In this document: in pieces, positions 11,461 through 25,100 of the stretch | Numbering within the stretch: position 1 is the stretch's first letter | Layout: each line of letters begins with the position of its first letter | Source: Zygnema circumcarinatum SAG 698-1b | Lineage: Eukaryota; Plantae; Zygnematophyceae | Direction: 5' to 3' | NCBI GenBank assembly: GCA_037447605.1 | Contig: CM074818.1 | Location: 1,810,617-1,874,616, forward strand | DNA: 64,000 nt | The notes under the pieces: model-generated | What the model was told of the DNA's origin: nothing | Databases searched by the model: none | The model's input: the letters and a program-made list of their open reading frames with translations, nothing else | Position numbers and translations under genes: made by a program

Positions 11461-12557
11461 CCCCAAGTCTGTCTCCATCCATCCATCCGTCCATCCATGC
11501 ATCCACATCCTCACGCTTCCATGGCCCATGGTTCCGTGGCTCTGTGAAACCACCTGTACGGCCAACTCCCCCAATGTCCTCTCCAGTACGAAGGCGCCAA
11601 ACCTGCCGTCCGTCGTTGTCCCGCTCACACGCAACCCCTATTGAGACAACAGCTACAACCTTCCGTACTCAACGTTCATACTATGCGAATACAACTTTAA
11701 TTTTATCCTTTTTCGTGTTCACACATATTCTAAGAGTATCCGTACGGTACTTCTTGACCGTACAAACCCTCATCCACTTATGTCCGTACATCTGCCGATT
11801 TCCAAAGGATCCTGTTATTTTCGATCCCTCTAGTCGTTCACACGTGCCATTTCCAGACCGGGATCCGTCGTTGTCCTCCGGCCTAGGCCGCCCCTGCCTG
11901 CCGACCGTTGAGGCAGCCGCCCGACCTCCTCCTCTAACGGGCGTCTCCGCCGCCATGGCCGGCCGGCCCCTGGCGGCTACTTCAGCTCCATGAGGAGGCT
12001 CGCACTGGCAGAGGGACCTCTCTCGGGCGCTCCTGCATCGGTCAATTTAGTCAATACAACCTCTCGTTCGGCTCCCTGGGGTGTATTAGGGTCGTATTTG
12101 GTACTTCTGAACGGGATTAAGTTCGTGAAGCTAGGTTACAGAGGCTGGTATCTGCATTTCCGGGTTTATTTATCGTTTTATATGATAAGTTGTTTATTAT
12201 CTCGCTTCATAGTGTCGTCAGGACTAAAAGAAGCGGATGATAGTGCAGGAATCAGCGGTGCAGCGGAGTCATTTTTGTCGATTTCTTCAAGTTTTGAGCT
12301 GGTAGACGGCAGCGGGCTTAGAATCACAGCTGTAGAGCCTCCGGGATAATATACGAAAGCAAGATTTTTTTCATTTTTTCATAGAAATTTGACTACCTTT
12401 TCCCTCAGTCGCTACAGTACGTTGCGTTTTGGAGTACCCAGTCGTTTTGGAGTAGCCAGTCTAGCGCTTTGAGTTGTTACATTTTTATCAACATTATCAT
12501 TTAATTATTTTACCGTTTTTATCAATTTATCATTTTCCTTAGTTTGCATTCGTTACG

Positions 12558-15500
12558 ATGGTTGAAGGCGGAGCAGCAGTTTCTTCCGGGAAGGAACAGA
12601 AGCGATGGACCATAAAAGACTTTGAGATCGGAAAGCCGTTGGGCCGCGGAAAATTTGGAAATGTGTACTTGGCTCGGGAGAAGAGGGTAAGCGGGAGAGC
12701 GTGGGAATAGGAATGATTAATTTTTTTTTCTGGTCTAATTATGGCAGTTACTTAAGGCATTCTCAATCCTTTACGAGCAAAATTATGATTCAGAAAGCAG
12801 CTTTTCTGAGTTCTGCAGGTAAATGTATGCTTTACTGGTTTCATGTCCTGTCGTACTTTCCTTTTTTGAGATATGCCCATATTTTGTCGGTGAGTTCGGA
12901 TTTTCTGTCGTTGTTCCTTACCTTTCCTACGCTCTTCCTTTTTTTAAAAATGTGTTTGAGCAGAGCAAGTATGTGGTCGCCTTGAAGGTGCTCTTCAAGA
13001 CGCAGCTGCAGCAGTCCCAAGTGGAGCATCAGCTCCGCCGAGAGATTGAAATTCAGAGCCATCTCCGCCATCCCAACATTCTCCGCCTCTTTGGATACTT
13101 TTACGATGAGGTCAAACTCTCTCTCTCTCTCTCTCCCTCTCCTTTCTCTCCCACACTCTCACTGTCGCTCCTTCTATCGCTATCGCTCGCTCTCCCTCTC
13201 AGCTCTGTATGTATTGTCGGAAGCAGAGAAAAAGTTGACGCTTTTCCTTGCGGGGACTGTTTTTCTCTTTCTGTCTGTTATAGAATGATGGTTAGGAAAG
13301 AGAGGCTCTCGGTAAAGTTATTATGCCTTACTGTTTTATTAATGTTTGCAAGTTTGATGACAAGAAAAAGAAAGGCCATACCCTTCCTGGGCTATTCTCC
13401 TCATCCAGTGTTGGTGGTCATGGCGGAGCCTTTCTATGAATAGCATTTGGCCTTTTCTTGGTGCTTATGATTCACTTATTGTTACTTATTTGAAGTATGC
13501 CGATGTCCTGTTGTTGGCTGCATGCAGACTCGCGTTTACCTCATTTTGGAATATGCTGCCCATGGAGAGCTGTACAAGGAGCTTCAGAAAACTGGACATT
13601 TCAGCGACAAGCGGTCGGCTACGGTACATAATGCCACTTATCACCATTTTTTACATTCCATGTTGATCCTTCCTTCCCTCCCCCTCCCGCTCCCCCCTCT
13701 TCCTCGCTCTTCCCATCCCTCCCTCCCTCCCTCTCTCCTCCCCTCTCTCCTTTTCCCATCCCTTTCCTCCTCTCTCTCGCTCTTTCTCTTTCTCTCTCTC
13801 TCTATTAGATCCACGCAGTTGAAAAAGATATGCAAAGCTCGGCCAGAAGTATCCCTATAAGCATGTATGCCAGCCGTCCCACTTTCTAATCTCCCGAAAA
13901 TGTTTCTCCTTTCCTTTTTGAAGCCCTGCTTTTGACTCTGACCCTGCTTGATGGGTGGGTGACCCCCTTTTTTATTTTTTTGCAGTATATCGCTTCCTTG
14001 GCTCGAGCGCTGCAATACTGCCATGGGAAGCATGTCATTCACCGTGATATCAAACCGGAGAATCTCCTAATAGGAGCAAAGGTGAACCAATCTGTTGCCT
14101 GCACATGCATTGTAGCCATTGACGGGGAGATTTGATCCTCCCCCTTTCTTCTCTCTCACTCGCTCTCTCGCCCCCTCCCCACACACTCTCCCCCACATCT
14201 CTCCTTAGTGCATGCCATAGTAATTTTTAGTTCTTTCGTTTGGCTCTGTATTGCCAGTGTGCTTTGGCGCTGCCCCTGAGGCGGGCAAACGAGAGAGAGA
14301 GAGAGAGATAGAGGGAGATCTGTATTCCTTTGCTTAAACGAAACTTTTTCCAATTCAAGGATGTATGGAATTCTGTTTTACAAAAAAGACTTGTTGAAAC
14401 GCGTGCAGGGCGAGTTGAAAATTGCCGACTTTGGTTGGTCGGTGCATGCTCCAAGCAACCGCCGAAAAACACTTTGTGGAACTCTCGACTACCTCCCTCC
14501 TGAAATGGGTAAGAACGAACTTCCATACCCTTGTCTGCCCCATCGGCTCTACTTCCCTGGCCTTCTCTCCGGTCCTCTTTCCTTCTTTCCTCCTCTTTTC
14601 CCCTTCTCTCCCGTTCCTCCTCTCCGCTTTTCCTCCACTCCCTCCATTACTCCTTCATTTCTTATCACCCTTTCATTCAAGCCTACCGCTGCAGTGCTGA
14701 TTCTCTGTAGTGAAAGCAGAGTTTTTCTCCGTTTCTAGTCAAGACCAGTCTGGCGTTGTCTCTCTCTCTCTCTGCCCCCCCCCCCCCCCCACTCTCTCTC
14801 TCCCTCTTTCTCTCTTTCTCCTCCGCCCACGGCTGCTGACTAAGTCTCTTTCTTCCATGCCGAGCAGTGGAGGGGAAGGAGCACAGCTCTTTTGTCGACG
14901 TGTGGACTTTGGGAGTCCTCCTTTATGAGTTCCTCGTAGGGCAGCCTCCCTTTGAAGCTTATGGCCACTCCGAAACATATAAGCGGTAAGCAACGGAGTC
15001 TCATCTATGGAACTTATAACTTATATATATGTATACTATTAATATACTTGGCTTTATTATTGGCGTGGGCTTCATTGAGTGTGTTCCGCTCTCTCTCTCA
15101 CACACACTCTCCCTCTCTCTCTCTTGTTCTCCCTCCCTCTCTCCTTTTCCCATCCCTTTCCTCCTCTCTCTCGCTCTTTCTCTTTCTCTCTCTCTCTATT
15201 AGATCCACGCAGTTGAAAAAGATATGCAAAGCTCGGCCAGAAGTATCCCTATAAGCATGTATGCCAGCCGTCCCACTTTCTAATCTCCCGAAAATGTTTC
15301 TCCTTTCCTTTTTGAAGCCCTGCTTTTGACTCTGACCCTGCTTGATGGGTGGGTGACCCCCTTTTTTATTTTTTTGCAGTATATCGCTTCCTTGGCTCGA
15401 GCGCTGCAATACTGCCATGGGAAGCATGTCATTCACCGTGATATCAAACCGGAGAATCTCCTAATAGGAGCAAAGGTGAACCAATCTGTTGCCTGCACAT

Positions 15501-16912
15501 GCATTGTAGCCATTGACGGGGAGATTTGATCCTCCCCCTTTCTTCTCTCTCACTCGCTCTCTCGCCCCCTCCCCACACACTCTCCCCCACATCTCTCCTT
15601 AGTGCATGCCATAGTAATTTTTAGTTCTTTCGTTTGGCTCTGTATTGCCAGTGTGCTTTGGCGCTGCCCCTGAGGCGGGCAAACGAGAGAGAGAGAGAGA
15701 GATAGAGGGAGATCTGTATTCCTTTGCTTAAACGAAACTTTTTCCAATTCAAGGATGTATGGAATTCTGTTTTACAAAAAAGACTTGTTGAAACGCGTGC
15801 AGGGCGAGTTGAAAATTGCCGACTTTGGTTGGTCGGTGCATGCTCCAAGCAACCGCCGAAAAACACTTTGTGGAACTCTCGACTACCTCCCTCCTGAAAT
15901 GGGTAAGAACGAACTTCCATACCCTTGTCTGCCCCATCGGCTCTACTTCCCTGGCCTTCTCTCCGGTCCTCTTTCCTTCTTTCCTCCTCTTTTCCCCTTC
16001 TCTCCCGTTCCTCCTCTCCGCTTTTCCTCCACTCCCTCCATTACTCCTTCATTTCTTATCACCCTTTCATTCAAGCCTACCGCTGCAGTGCTGATTCTCT
16101 GTAGTGAAAGCAGAGTTTTTCTCCGTTTCTAGTCAAGACCAGTCTGGCGTTGTCTCTCTCTCTCTCTGCCCCCCCCCCCCCCCCACTCTCTCTCTCCCTC
16201 TTTCTCTCTTTCTCCTCCGCCCACGGCTGCTGACTAAGTCTCTTTCTTCCATGCCGAGCAGTGGAGGGGAAGGAGCACAGCTCTTTTGTCGACGTGTGGA
16301 CTTTGGGAGTCCTCCTTTATGAGTTCCTCGTAGGGCAGCCTCCCTTTGAAGCTTATGGCCACTCCGAAACATATAAGCGGTAAGCAACGGAGTCTCATCT
16401 ATGGAACTTATAACTTATATATATGTATACTATTAATATACTTGGCTTTATTATTGGCGTGGGCTTCATTGAGTGTGTTCCGCTCTCTCTCTCACACACA
16501 CTCTCCCTCTCTCTCTCTTGTTCTCCCTCCCTCTCTCGCTATCTCTCCTGCAGGATCGTGAAGGTGGACCTCCAGTTTCCGAAGAAGCCGGAAGTGAGCG
16601 CAGCTGCGAGGGATCTCATTACTAAGGTGAGAAGGAGAGCTTCCCTACTCCCCCCTCTTGCTCGTGCCCGTTTCCCCTTCCTCTCCCTTTCTCTCTCACC
16701 CCGTCGTTCACTCCTCTCTCTCTCGTTGTCTCAAACAGTCTTGACACGTGTTCTGTGAATGTCTCTCTCGCTCTCTCCTTCTCTCTGTGCAGCTCCTGGT
16801 GAAGAATCCGAAGCAGAGGATGCCTCTCTCCGAGGTCCTCACCCATCCCTGGATTGTAGAGAATGCCTCGCCCTCCGGCTTTTGGGACATCGGCTCTGTA
16901 GCAGAAAAGTGA
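12558..16912 (+). CDS. AUR1: Aurora kinase, plant alpha type (8 exons, with exons 4-6 present twice)
   Basis: [110 protein letters not shown]; all introns GT-AG. Confidence 0.95.
13741..16528. repeat. Tandem duplication of 1,394 bp (13741-15134 and 15135-16528) inside the Aurora gene
   Basis: ORF-track entries recur identically at a +1394 offset (13932/15326, 14361/15755, 14710/16104); 9-bp microhomology CCCTCTCTC at the junction. Confidence 0.95.
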
Positions 16913-17887
16913 AGAGAATTTTCTTCAAAGAAATTTCCTAAAGAAGCTGGAGAGAGAGAGAGAGAGAGAGAGAGTGGGGGGGGAGGGAAAGAGAGAGTGA
17001 GAGGCTGGACCATGGCAGGAGTAGTGTTCCTGAAGGCCTACTTTGAACATATAAGGCTGTTCAAGATGGTCCTTAACACTGATTGTTAGGATTCCACGAT
17101 AGACATTTTGCTGTACTGGAGCAAAATACGGTATTGTCATATACCCCTTTCTAGCAGGATAGCTAGTGATAGCCATAGCAATAGCACTATTTAGCACTAT
17201 CGCATGTTGTAAAGAGAGAATGGTTTGGGATTGACTGTAAAGGGAAAGTGAAGAGTGGTAGTGGTTGTAAAGATTGGGTTTTTGCCGTGATTCGATGTAA
17301 AGATCTCCAATAGAATGGCCTCATTTTGACCCTCACCATGGTGAAAACTTTCGGGTTTTTATGGCTCAGAGTTCAGGTTGCCCTCGTTTAGGGTTCAGTG
17401 CTCCGGGCGAAGGGCTGTGGTTCTCTCTCCCACACTCTCCCTATCTCTCACTCCCCCTCTATTCTCGCTTTGTACCCGCCGGCAGTCAGTCCGGGTGGGT
17501 TTATGGGTCCAGCCAGGCTTACGCACGCAGACCGTCTTCGATGGTGCCTGCGGAGGAAAATTTGGGCATGGGCTTTGTTCCAGCCACTGCCAATGGTCGC
17601 CAACCATTGGCGATGGTTGGTTACTGTGACCCGTGCCAATGTCTAGCCAGCATTGTAATGTTGGCAATGTTGCAATGTGCACTGTTGTTGTTGTTGCAAT
17701 GTTTTTGAAAAATTCCAGACATGGCCCCCTGGTTTAACTGACTTACACAGAAAGTACTTACCGTACAGAAAGCGTTCAGCACGGTCAGTCCGGTAACTGT
17801 TTCAACCGAGATTCGTACAATTTTGGCTTTTTCCTTTCTCGCCAAAATCGCGGTGTGGATCCGTGTCGTGGATGCAGGGTCAACCAG

Positions 17888-18672
17888 CCAACCGTTGGAC
17901 CCTGCCAACCGCTTCCAACGGTTGTAATGGTTGGAAACCATTGGTTGGCTGACTCAACAACCCATTGCCATTGATTGAGAGGCCAAGCAAAAGGAAAAGC
18001 CAAGCCAAGCGATTGCGTTCCATTGCCATAGCTGCTATTCGTGATTGGCTGAACAAGCCAACCGTTGTCAACGGTTGCAAGAATTGGATCAGTGGTGGAC
18101 AAACCATAGATTAGCCAACCTTAGGCAGACAATGTCGTTTGGGCCAATGATTGCGACCCAATGGTCCGACCTTCTCCTTCTTCTTCTTGGTGGTTTCTGG
18201 TTTTTGGTTTCTGGTTTTGTACGGTTCCCTAAAGTTCTCGTGAGAGAGGGAGGTTCAGGCTTCCGGAGGACTATTTTTGGAATATTTTTTAATGCCATAC
18301 CGTCGTATATTTTTAAGGAGGCGGCGGTTCTGACCGTTACCGTACGGAGAATCTCGACTTCAATTTTTGAATTCCGTGGTACGGAACCGGAATTTGAAGC
18401 TGATCAATTTTCATTCATGGTCCTTTTAATCTTTTCCTGGCACAAAAAAATGTCATAAAAATTTTCTCGTTCTACAAATATATCTGACGGGGCATTCTCC
18501 GCTGCCGCCACGTCAGATACAGACTGCTAGGGCAGGGAAGATAAAAAGTTTTTTCAACTGAAAAATTTGTTTCGGGCAGAATTGCGGTCTGGAAAGAAAA
18601 TTGTGAAGCTGCCAACGGCTAGGGTGCCCGCAGACTTCGGAACGGGTTCTATGTGAGCAGTTACAGTAACGG
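17888..18672. promoter_or_regulatory. Cluster of AACGG (MSA-like, MYB3R) elements upstream of the kinesin gene
   Basis: AACGG/CCGTT cores at 17892, 17917, 18062, 18070, 18334, 18614 and 18668, several in the context (T/G)CCAACGG(T/C)T. Confidence 0.5.
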
Positions 18673-19115
18673 TCCAACGCTCTGCACATGGAACCTGCCT
18701 GCAGCCCCTCCCTGCTCCTGCTGGCCATCAAACCTGCAGGACGGTCGCTTTGATGTCACCTTGTAGCTCACATTTAGCATATTCTAAGCAAGCATTTTAT
18801 TTATATATTCATTAGCACGAGAGTTTCTTTTATCACTGTTATTTTGGCTTAAGATTCCTCACTTTTTTGCCCTATTTTTCCGCCAGCTTGTGTATATGTA
18901 CATCCCCAGAGAGGAAGCAGGCATTGCCTTGCTCTTCACTTTTTCTGAAGGCTGCTTGTATGCAACTTGCATAGCTGCAAGCAAGAGTTCTGAACAGCTG
19001 CAGAAGAAAGCCAAGGGCTAGGTTTAAATAAGCTTCGACTGCATAGCTTTTAGCAGTTCCATTCTCTCACTTGGATAATAAAGCAGGCGGAGGAGAATCT
19101 TGTCTCCGAAGCAGC

Positions 19116-22100
19116 ATGACGGAGATCAGACGAAACCTTGCTGGCTCTTTCAGCATTCCAGACAATGACGAGCAAAATGCACGAAATTCGGACGCTCAAA
19201 TTGAAACTGATTCAAGCTCTATGAAGGTGTTCTTGAGGATAAGACCTGCACTCATCGGCTCTCAAAGGGAGGGAAGCAGCAATGAGGAAGCGGCGCTCTG
19301 TTTAGCAGAGCAGGGGGCCAATGGAGTCGAGCTTGCAGGGAGCGGCAGACACCGTGTAGAGATATTCGAGAATTTTGCAAGAGTGTTTGGGCAAACTTCG
19401 GGACAGGTGCCTTTTTCGCTTTCTGATGAAAAAAAAGAACCTTTATTTTAATTTGCAGTTGCCAACAATACCGTCCAGCCTGTTATTTAAATGTTTGAAG
19501 AATTTACTTCAAATAGAGGCTGTGGTTTGTTGACTTTCTTTTACATGCTTGGAAAGGAACTGTGGTCTGCGTTCCGCGGGCTGTGGTCGTCAGAGACAGA
19601 CTGCAGATTTCTGTTTATGTTACCAACAGACAGATGTTGTATGGTGGATGGATGCCTGGCCCAAAATGTTACGAGCAGCAAGACGTGAATGCTTTGAAGT
19701 TTTGCTTGTTTGTATCTTCAGAGAGAAGTATTTGAAGAGGCCCTTGCTCCGATGGTGGACGCTCTTGCAACCAGAGACGAAAGTGGACTTTTGATGTCTT
19801 ATGGGGGAACAAACGCAGGTACATAGTGCCATCCATACTGACGAAAAAATGAGGAAGTTTTTGCAGCAATTTGAAGTCAGGTCGTGAGCGAAAGGCTAAG
19901 TAGTCGGCACATTGTGTCGTCCTTAACAGAATTCTTGGCATCCAAGACAATCTCCTTGCTTTTTGAACTGACCGGAGAACTTGAGTATGCAACAGGGAAA
20001 ACTCATACCATGTTTGGAGACTTGGACTCACCTGGACTGATACCTCAAGCTGTGGAGCGCCTGTTTAAATTGAGGAACAAGCTGCTGGTTGAAGAAACTG
20101 GAAGGTCAGTTGGCTATGCGATTCTTGTAAAATTGCGTTATTATACATAGTGCAAACTTACAAATACTTCGAGGTAGATATTGGCAAACTCTATTCAGAA
20201 GATCGTAGCTAATGAGGGCAGCATAAAGGAAGGACTTCCCATTCACTCTCCAACTGTGCAACAGGTCTACATGCATTGAGCTTATTGTCCACATTTGACA
20301 CTTTCTATGCATGCTGCTTTCAGGAAATGGGATATCTATCTGTCCATGTTTGAGTTCTATTCAAACAGGCCCTCGTCCCGAAAAGAGAACATTTATGACC
20401 TGCTTGGAAACCAGCCCTCCAATAAAGGCAGAGACGGGGGCCTTGTAGTGGAGGACATCCCTTCACGTTGCCAAACATTTCTTAAGGGCGTGACATCGGT
20501 GCGTCATTTCTTCCATTTCTTTGGAGGAAAAAGAAAATAGTGCGACTTTGTTTTTCAGTCTAGCTTGAATGTGAACAATGGGATGGATGGGGCCAGTTCC
20601 TTTTTAGAAATCGCTGCAAGTTAAGACTGAGTCACAATGTGGTCAAGACTTAGTCACTGTGAGGGCTTGTTGATGTGCAGGTTCTTGTGTACTCGTATGA
20701 AGCTGCAGTTGCCGTTCTAAGCCAGGGACAATCAAACCGCACGACTAGAGAAACGTCAGTGAACAAGGCATCTAGGTAAGCTTTCCTTTGGGGTTTTCAA
20801 CATCCTCTCTCTCTTGCTCTCTCTCACTTTCTATCTCTCTTTCTAGCATATTATTTGAGGATAGCACTGTCGTGCCCGTTTTCTACTTGATCGTTTGTGC
20901 ATACGTTGGCGCTATGAGGTTCACACTGTTCTTTCTGAAAATATGTGTGTTCAACACTCACCGGCCGTGCATATATGAAGAAAAACATAAAAGATAGCAT
21001 ACACATCTGTGAATTTCCAAAAAGATGCATCTACCATACTTCAGTGCTGTGTTGTGTAGAAAAAAAAAATCAGTAGCACGATTCCCTAAATCAATTCGGA
21101 TTGCTGAGCAAAGTAACGTTTTCTCGTGAAACTCATTGTATTTCAGATATTATTTTCGATTTTTCACCCCAAATCTATTGGCTGCTTTTGCAACCTGAAG
21201 CGGTTTAAAATGATAATCAGAAAATCTATTATTATTATCTTTAACTGGAGTTTCATTCCTTGGACCATCGATTTCTTTGTGCGGTTTCTGTTGTGGTGCA
21301 GCCGCTCGCATTGTGGCGTTACCTTTCAGCTCTTCTCTCGAAATGAACCAGAAAGGTCGATGGGAGAGGATCCTCCTTCTATTCAGAGCGGTCAACTCAC
21401 AATCATTGACTTGGCCGGATGTGAGAGAGAAGCAGAAACAAAGAACGCTGTACGGTCCACTCACCCCTAAACTTTGAACTCTTCTTTTAGAAATGTTGGA
21501 GTCAAAAAGACTTATTGAAATATTCAAGTAACATTGAAGGCAAAAATGGGGAAATGTCGACCCTCGTCGGCTGGTTTTGGAAGGAATGAGAAAAAATCTA
21601 CAGCATACTTGCAAACGAGATAGAAGCTTATTCGAGTCATATGAAGCTTTTTATCAAGCTTAGCACATTGGTGATGTAGTCGGCCATACATAATATTTGA
21701 GGACTGACTCAGTTTCTCCTTTTGGAAGTTTTCAAGCATAGCAGTTCTATGATTAGAGCAATGACTAGGCACATATACAGGAGCAAAAAATGGAGAGAAG
21801 TGAGGAAGGGAGTTGAGGGAGTGCGAGAGAGGGGAGAAAGAGAGGAGAGGACTGGACAAGAGTGAAGACGAGAGGTTGTAGAGGGTAGGGAGGAGAGATG
21901 GTAAGTCATTCTGAAGCTAAAGCCCACTGACAGAGGAGCAAGGTCTATTTGGCAGGGCCCTCAACTGAATGAGAGTAACTACATCAACAACAGCTTTTTG
22001 GAAATCGGAAAATGTTTTCGGGTAAGTCAGAATAAACACTGCCTGGGAGCGTAACAGAAGACAGTTTCTGAATACTGTTTGCTGCTTCCAAATTTCCGGC

Positions 22101-25100
22101 TCAAATGTTCTCAATTTTCTTGTAAAATGGACGTAGGGCAAGTCCAGTATACAACGAACATTTTTTTGCTTTTCTCTGAATTATCAATAAAATTTCTGAA
22201 TAATAAGTTGATTTCTTGTTGGAGGAAACAGGCACGACTCAACCTGCAACGAAAAGCCTTCCAAGAGAACTATAGAAACCTTAATGTATGTGGCCCATTA
22301 GCTCTTTTCACACAGCTCTTTTCCTCGCCCCTCTGAAGGTCAAAGTTTTGATGATCAGCAGCTTGGCAGTTCTTAAATAATTATGAACCTATAGTAACTA
22401 ACTATACTAACTACACTTGTACGTATTGCCTCACGTCTGTTAGGCGAAGCAAAAACTTCCGCCCCTTTTATAAATCGTTCATGCAGGGTGGTCGTGTATA
22501 GAGGAGAGTCTCTGCTTCTGAATGTGAGATATGATGTTGCTGAATCTGCAGATATTATGGTACTTAAAGTATTACTTGAGAGGCAACTATCGAACGACAA
22601 TGGTAAGTTCGACTCCTTACCTTTCAACCTCCCCTTTTCTAGCCTTCCAGGATATGAAAGTGAGAATGGAGAAATATTAAAGCCTAAACAGAGATTCACA
22701 AGGTGGACTTAAAATGAGTCACAAGCTCCTCTCTCTCTCTCTCTCTTAGTTGCAAGCAGGAGAGGGGAGGGCTGTATGAGTCTTAAAGCTATGAGTTAAT
22801 ACTAATGTTTCCTTTTGGAGGGAGGGATGACAGATGGTGAATGTGAGCCCTTTAAAAGAAGACTTCCATCATACACTGCATGTCCTCAACCAGACAAGAG
22901 ACTACTATGGGATTAGGTACCCCCATTCTTCCTACTTTGCTCATTCCTTCCGCTCCCCGGCTCTCATTTCTCCCCCTCTCTCTCTCCCGCTATTCAAAGT
23001 CAGTTTTATGTGAAATCTCCCCCACTCGCACCTTCTTTCTTCTCGTTTGATTCTCTGTGAACGTGAAAACCCTTTATAAATTTAAGTCTAAGTTTTAAGA
23101 TTTATTTGAAACTGCATGTACTTCGGATGCTTCCTATACAGATATGTCCCTCCTAAGATTCCTCCTCCACCCAAGACTAGGGGCAAGACCCCCCGCAATA
23201 TTAAGAACAGTTCTAAGAGGGACAGAGAGGTGGTAACCCAAACTACTTCAAATGCAATTGAAGAGGAACCATTTCCCTTTGGGAAGAGAACGAAGCACGA
23301 GGCCTCTCCTTTGCCATCTGAATCGTACAAAATGGAGGGAGAAACGATGAAATTGGATGAATCTCACGCAAACTTTGAGATTATGGAAGGAGACAAACAG
23401 GCAGACTTGGTGGAGGAAAATAAAGGGTTCAAGGCCAAAGTGAAGGAGCTGACGTGTGAAGTAGAACGGCTCAAAAAAGCACTTGAGGACCAAGAAATAG
23501 CTGCCTTTGAAAATCAGAAGAGGATTGTGGAGAGGGTAAGTTGGCTGTTTTTCTTTTGATCTTAGGTCTAAGTCTTTCAGTCATAGGTCTAAGTAATAGA
23601 ATGCCTTTTTTGCCGGAAACTTTCTTTGAGTCGTTCAATGTCAGCGTTCAGCCCAGCTTCAAATCTACACTAAAAACTCATAAAACGGTAATGAGTAATA
23701 CCGTAATAGCTTTGCTTTGCTTTCAATGGGCAACAGATAGTTGTGACAAATGGTTTCAACTTCTTGAGTTGGTTTGCAGTTTATTGAAACAAACCAGGAG
23801 GTAGTGAGGACAGCCATGAAGACACAGAGCATGAAGGTTCGTCTACTACCACTACTCTCTCTCTCTCTCTCTGCTCTCAGATTGTCTTTCCAGCATATAT
23901 GTATATATATATATATTTTTTTGGGGTCTTTAGGCAAGGTGTGTCAGCATTATTGAGTGTTCCGAAGCCTGATTTCTCCTTCTCCAATGAGAGCAAAAAC
24001 AAAGTGCTTCAAAGATATAAGAATGCGTAGTGATAGTCCGCAGAGTTTTTTTGGTTTTTCTTTTTACACGTGCAGGCTGCTATAGAGAGGACGGAAGTAT
24101 TCCCATGGAGTAATGACAAAGATTCTCCAAATCATACTCCTGAAGCATGGAGGAGTGAAACTGTGGGAGGTGAGAGGGAGAAGAGTATTCTTAAAGAAAG
24201 CAGTAGTCACAGTTTAGCATTAGCAGCTGGGAAAGCTACGGGAGGAAAAAGCTTGAAAAGGAGTGAACGAAGAGGGAAACGAGGAACAATAATCGGTTGG
24301 GAAACTTCTCAGAAAATCCGGAATGTTCAAATGGGTAATTTCTCATGTGCTAGGAATGGATATAAGGTCCAAGAGCCTTGCTCTATTGACAAAGGAAGGA
24401 GATGGGAGGAGAGGTCGGTAGGGTTTTCTGAAGACGGAGACAGACAAGAATATTTCGACTGTCTAGGAGAGAATGCTTTTGATTTCATTCCAATGGAGGG
24501 TGTTCGTTTAAGCATGGAGGAGGGAGGGAGAGCAGTGGGAGGGAATGAGGCTGAGGTAGCGGACGAGATAGAAGAGAGAGGAGAGTACGAGGAAGCGGTA
24601 GCGCATCAATTGGATCACAGTGATTGTAAAGGAAGAAAGGAGATTGTCCAATTGATTCAAGAAGCAGTCAATGCAGCTCTTGAGAGGGAGAGAGATGAGG
24701 TGCGAAAGAGAGAGAGAGCAGAGGTGGAGGAAGCGGTAGCAGCTGAAAGACGAAGGTTGGAGGTGAGTAACCTTTTTTTCTAGGGTTGGTCGTTTCTAGT
24801 GATTCCTGAAGCACGCGGTATGGAGAGAGTGAGAGAGCAAGATGAGAGAGAGAGGGAGAGCTTGAGGAGACAGAGAGGAGAGAGAGAGCGAAAGAGAGAA
24901 CAGCTCATTTACTCCAGCTTGTGAATGTGTTTGTTCTGTCGATCATTGCTCTTTACTCGTTATACTAAGTGGGCTGCTTTGTGGAATTTTTCTTTATGTT
25001 GTCCTTTCTTTAATATGCAGGAGGATCATAAAGCTGAGGTTGATAACTTAACCAAGAGAGTGGCAGCACTTGACAAGGAGTTGGAGAAATCTCGTACAGA

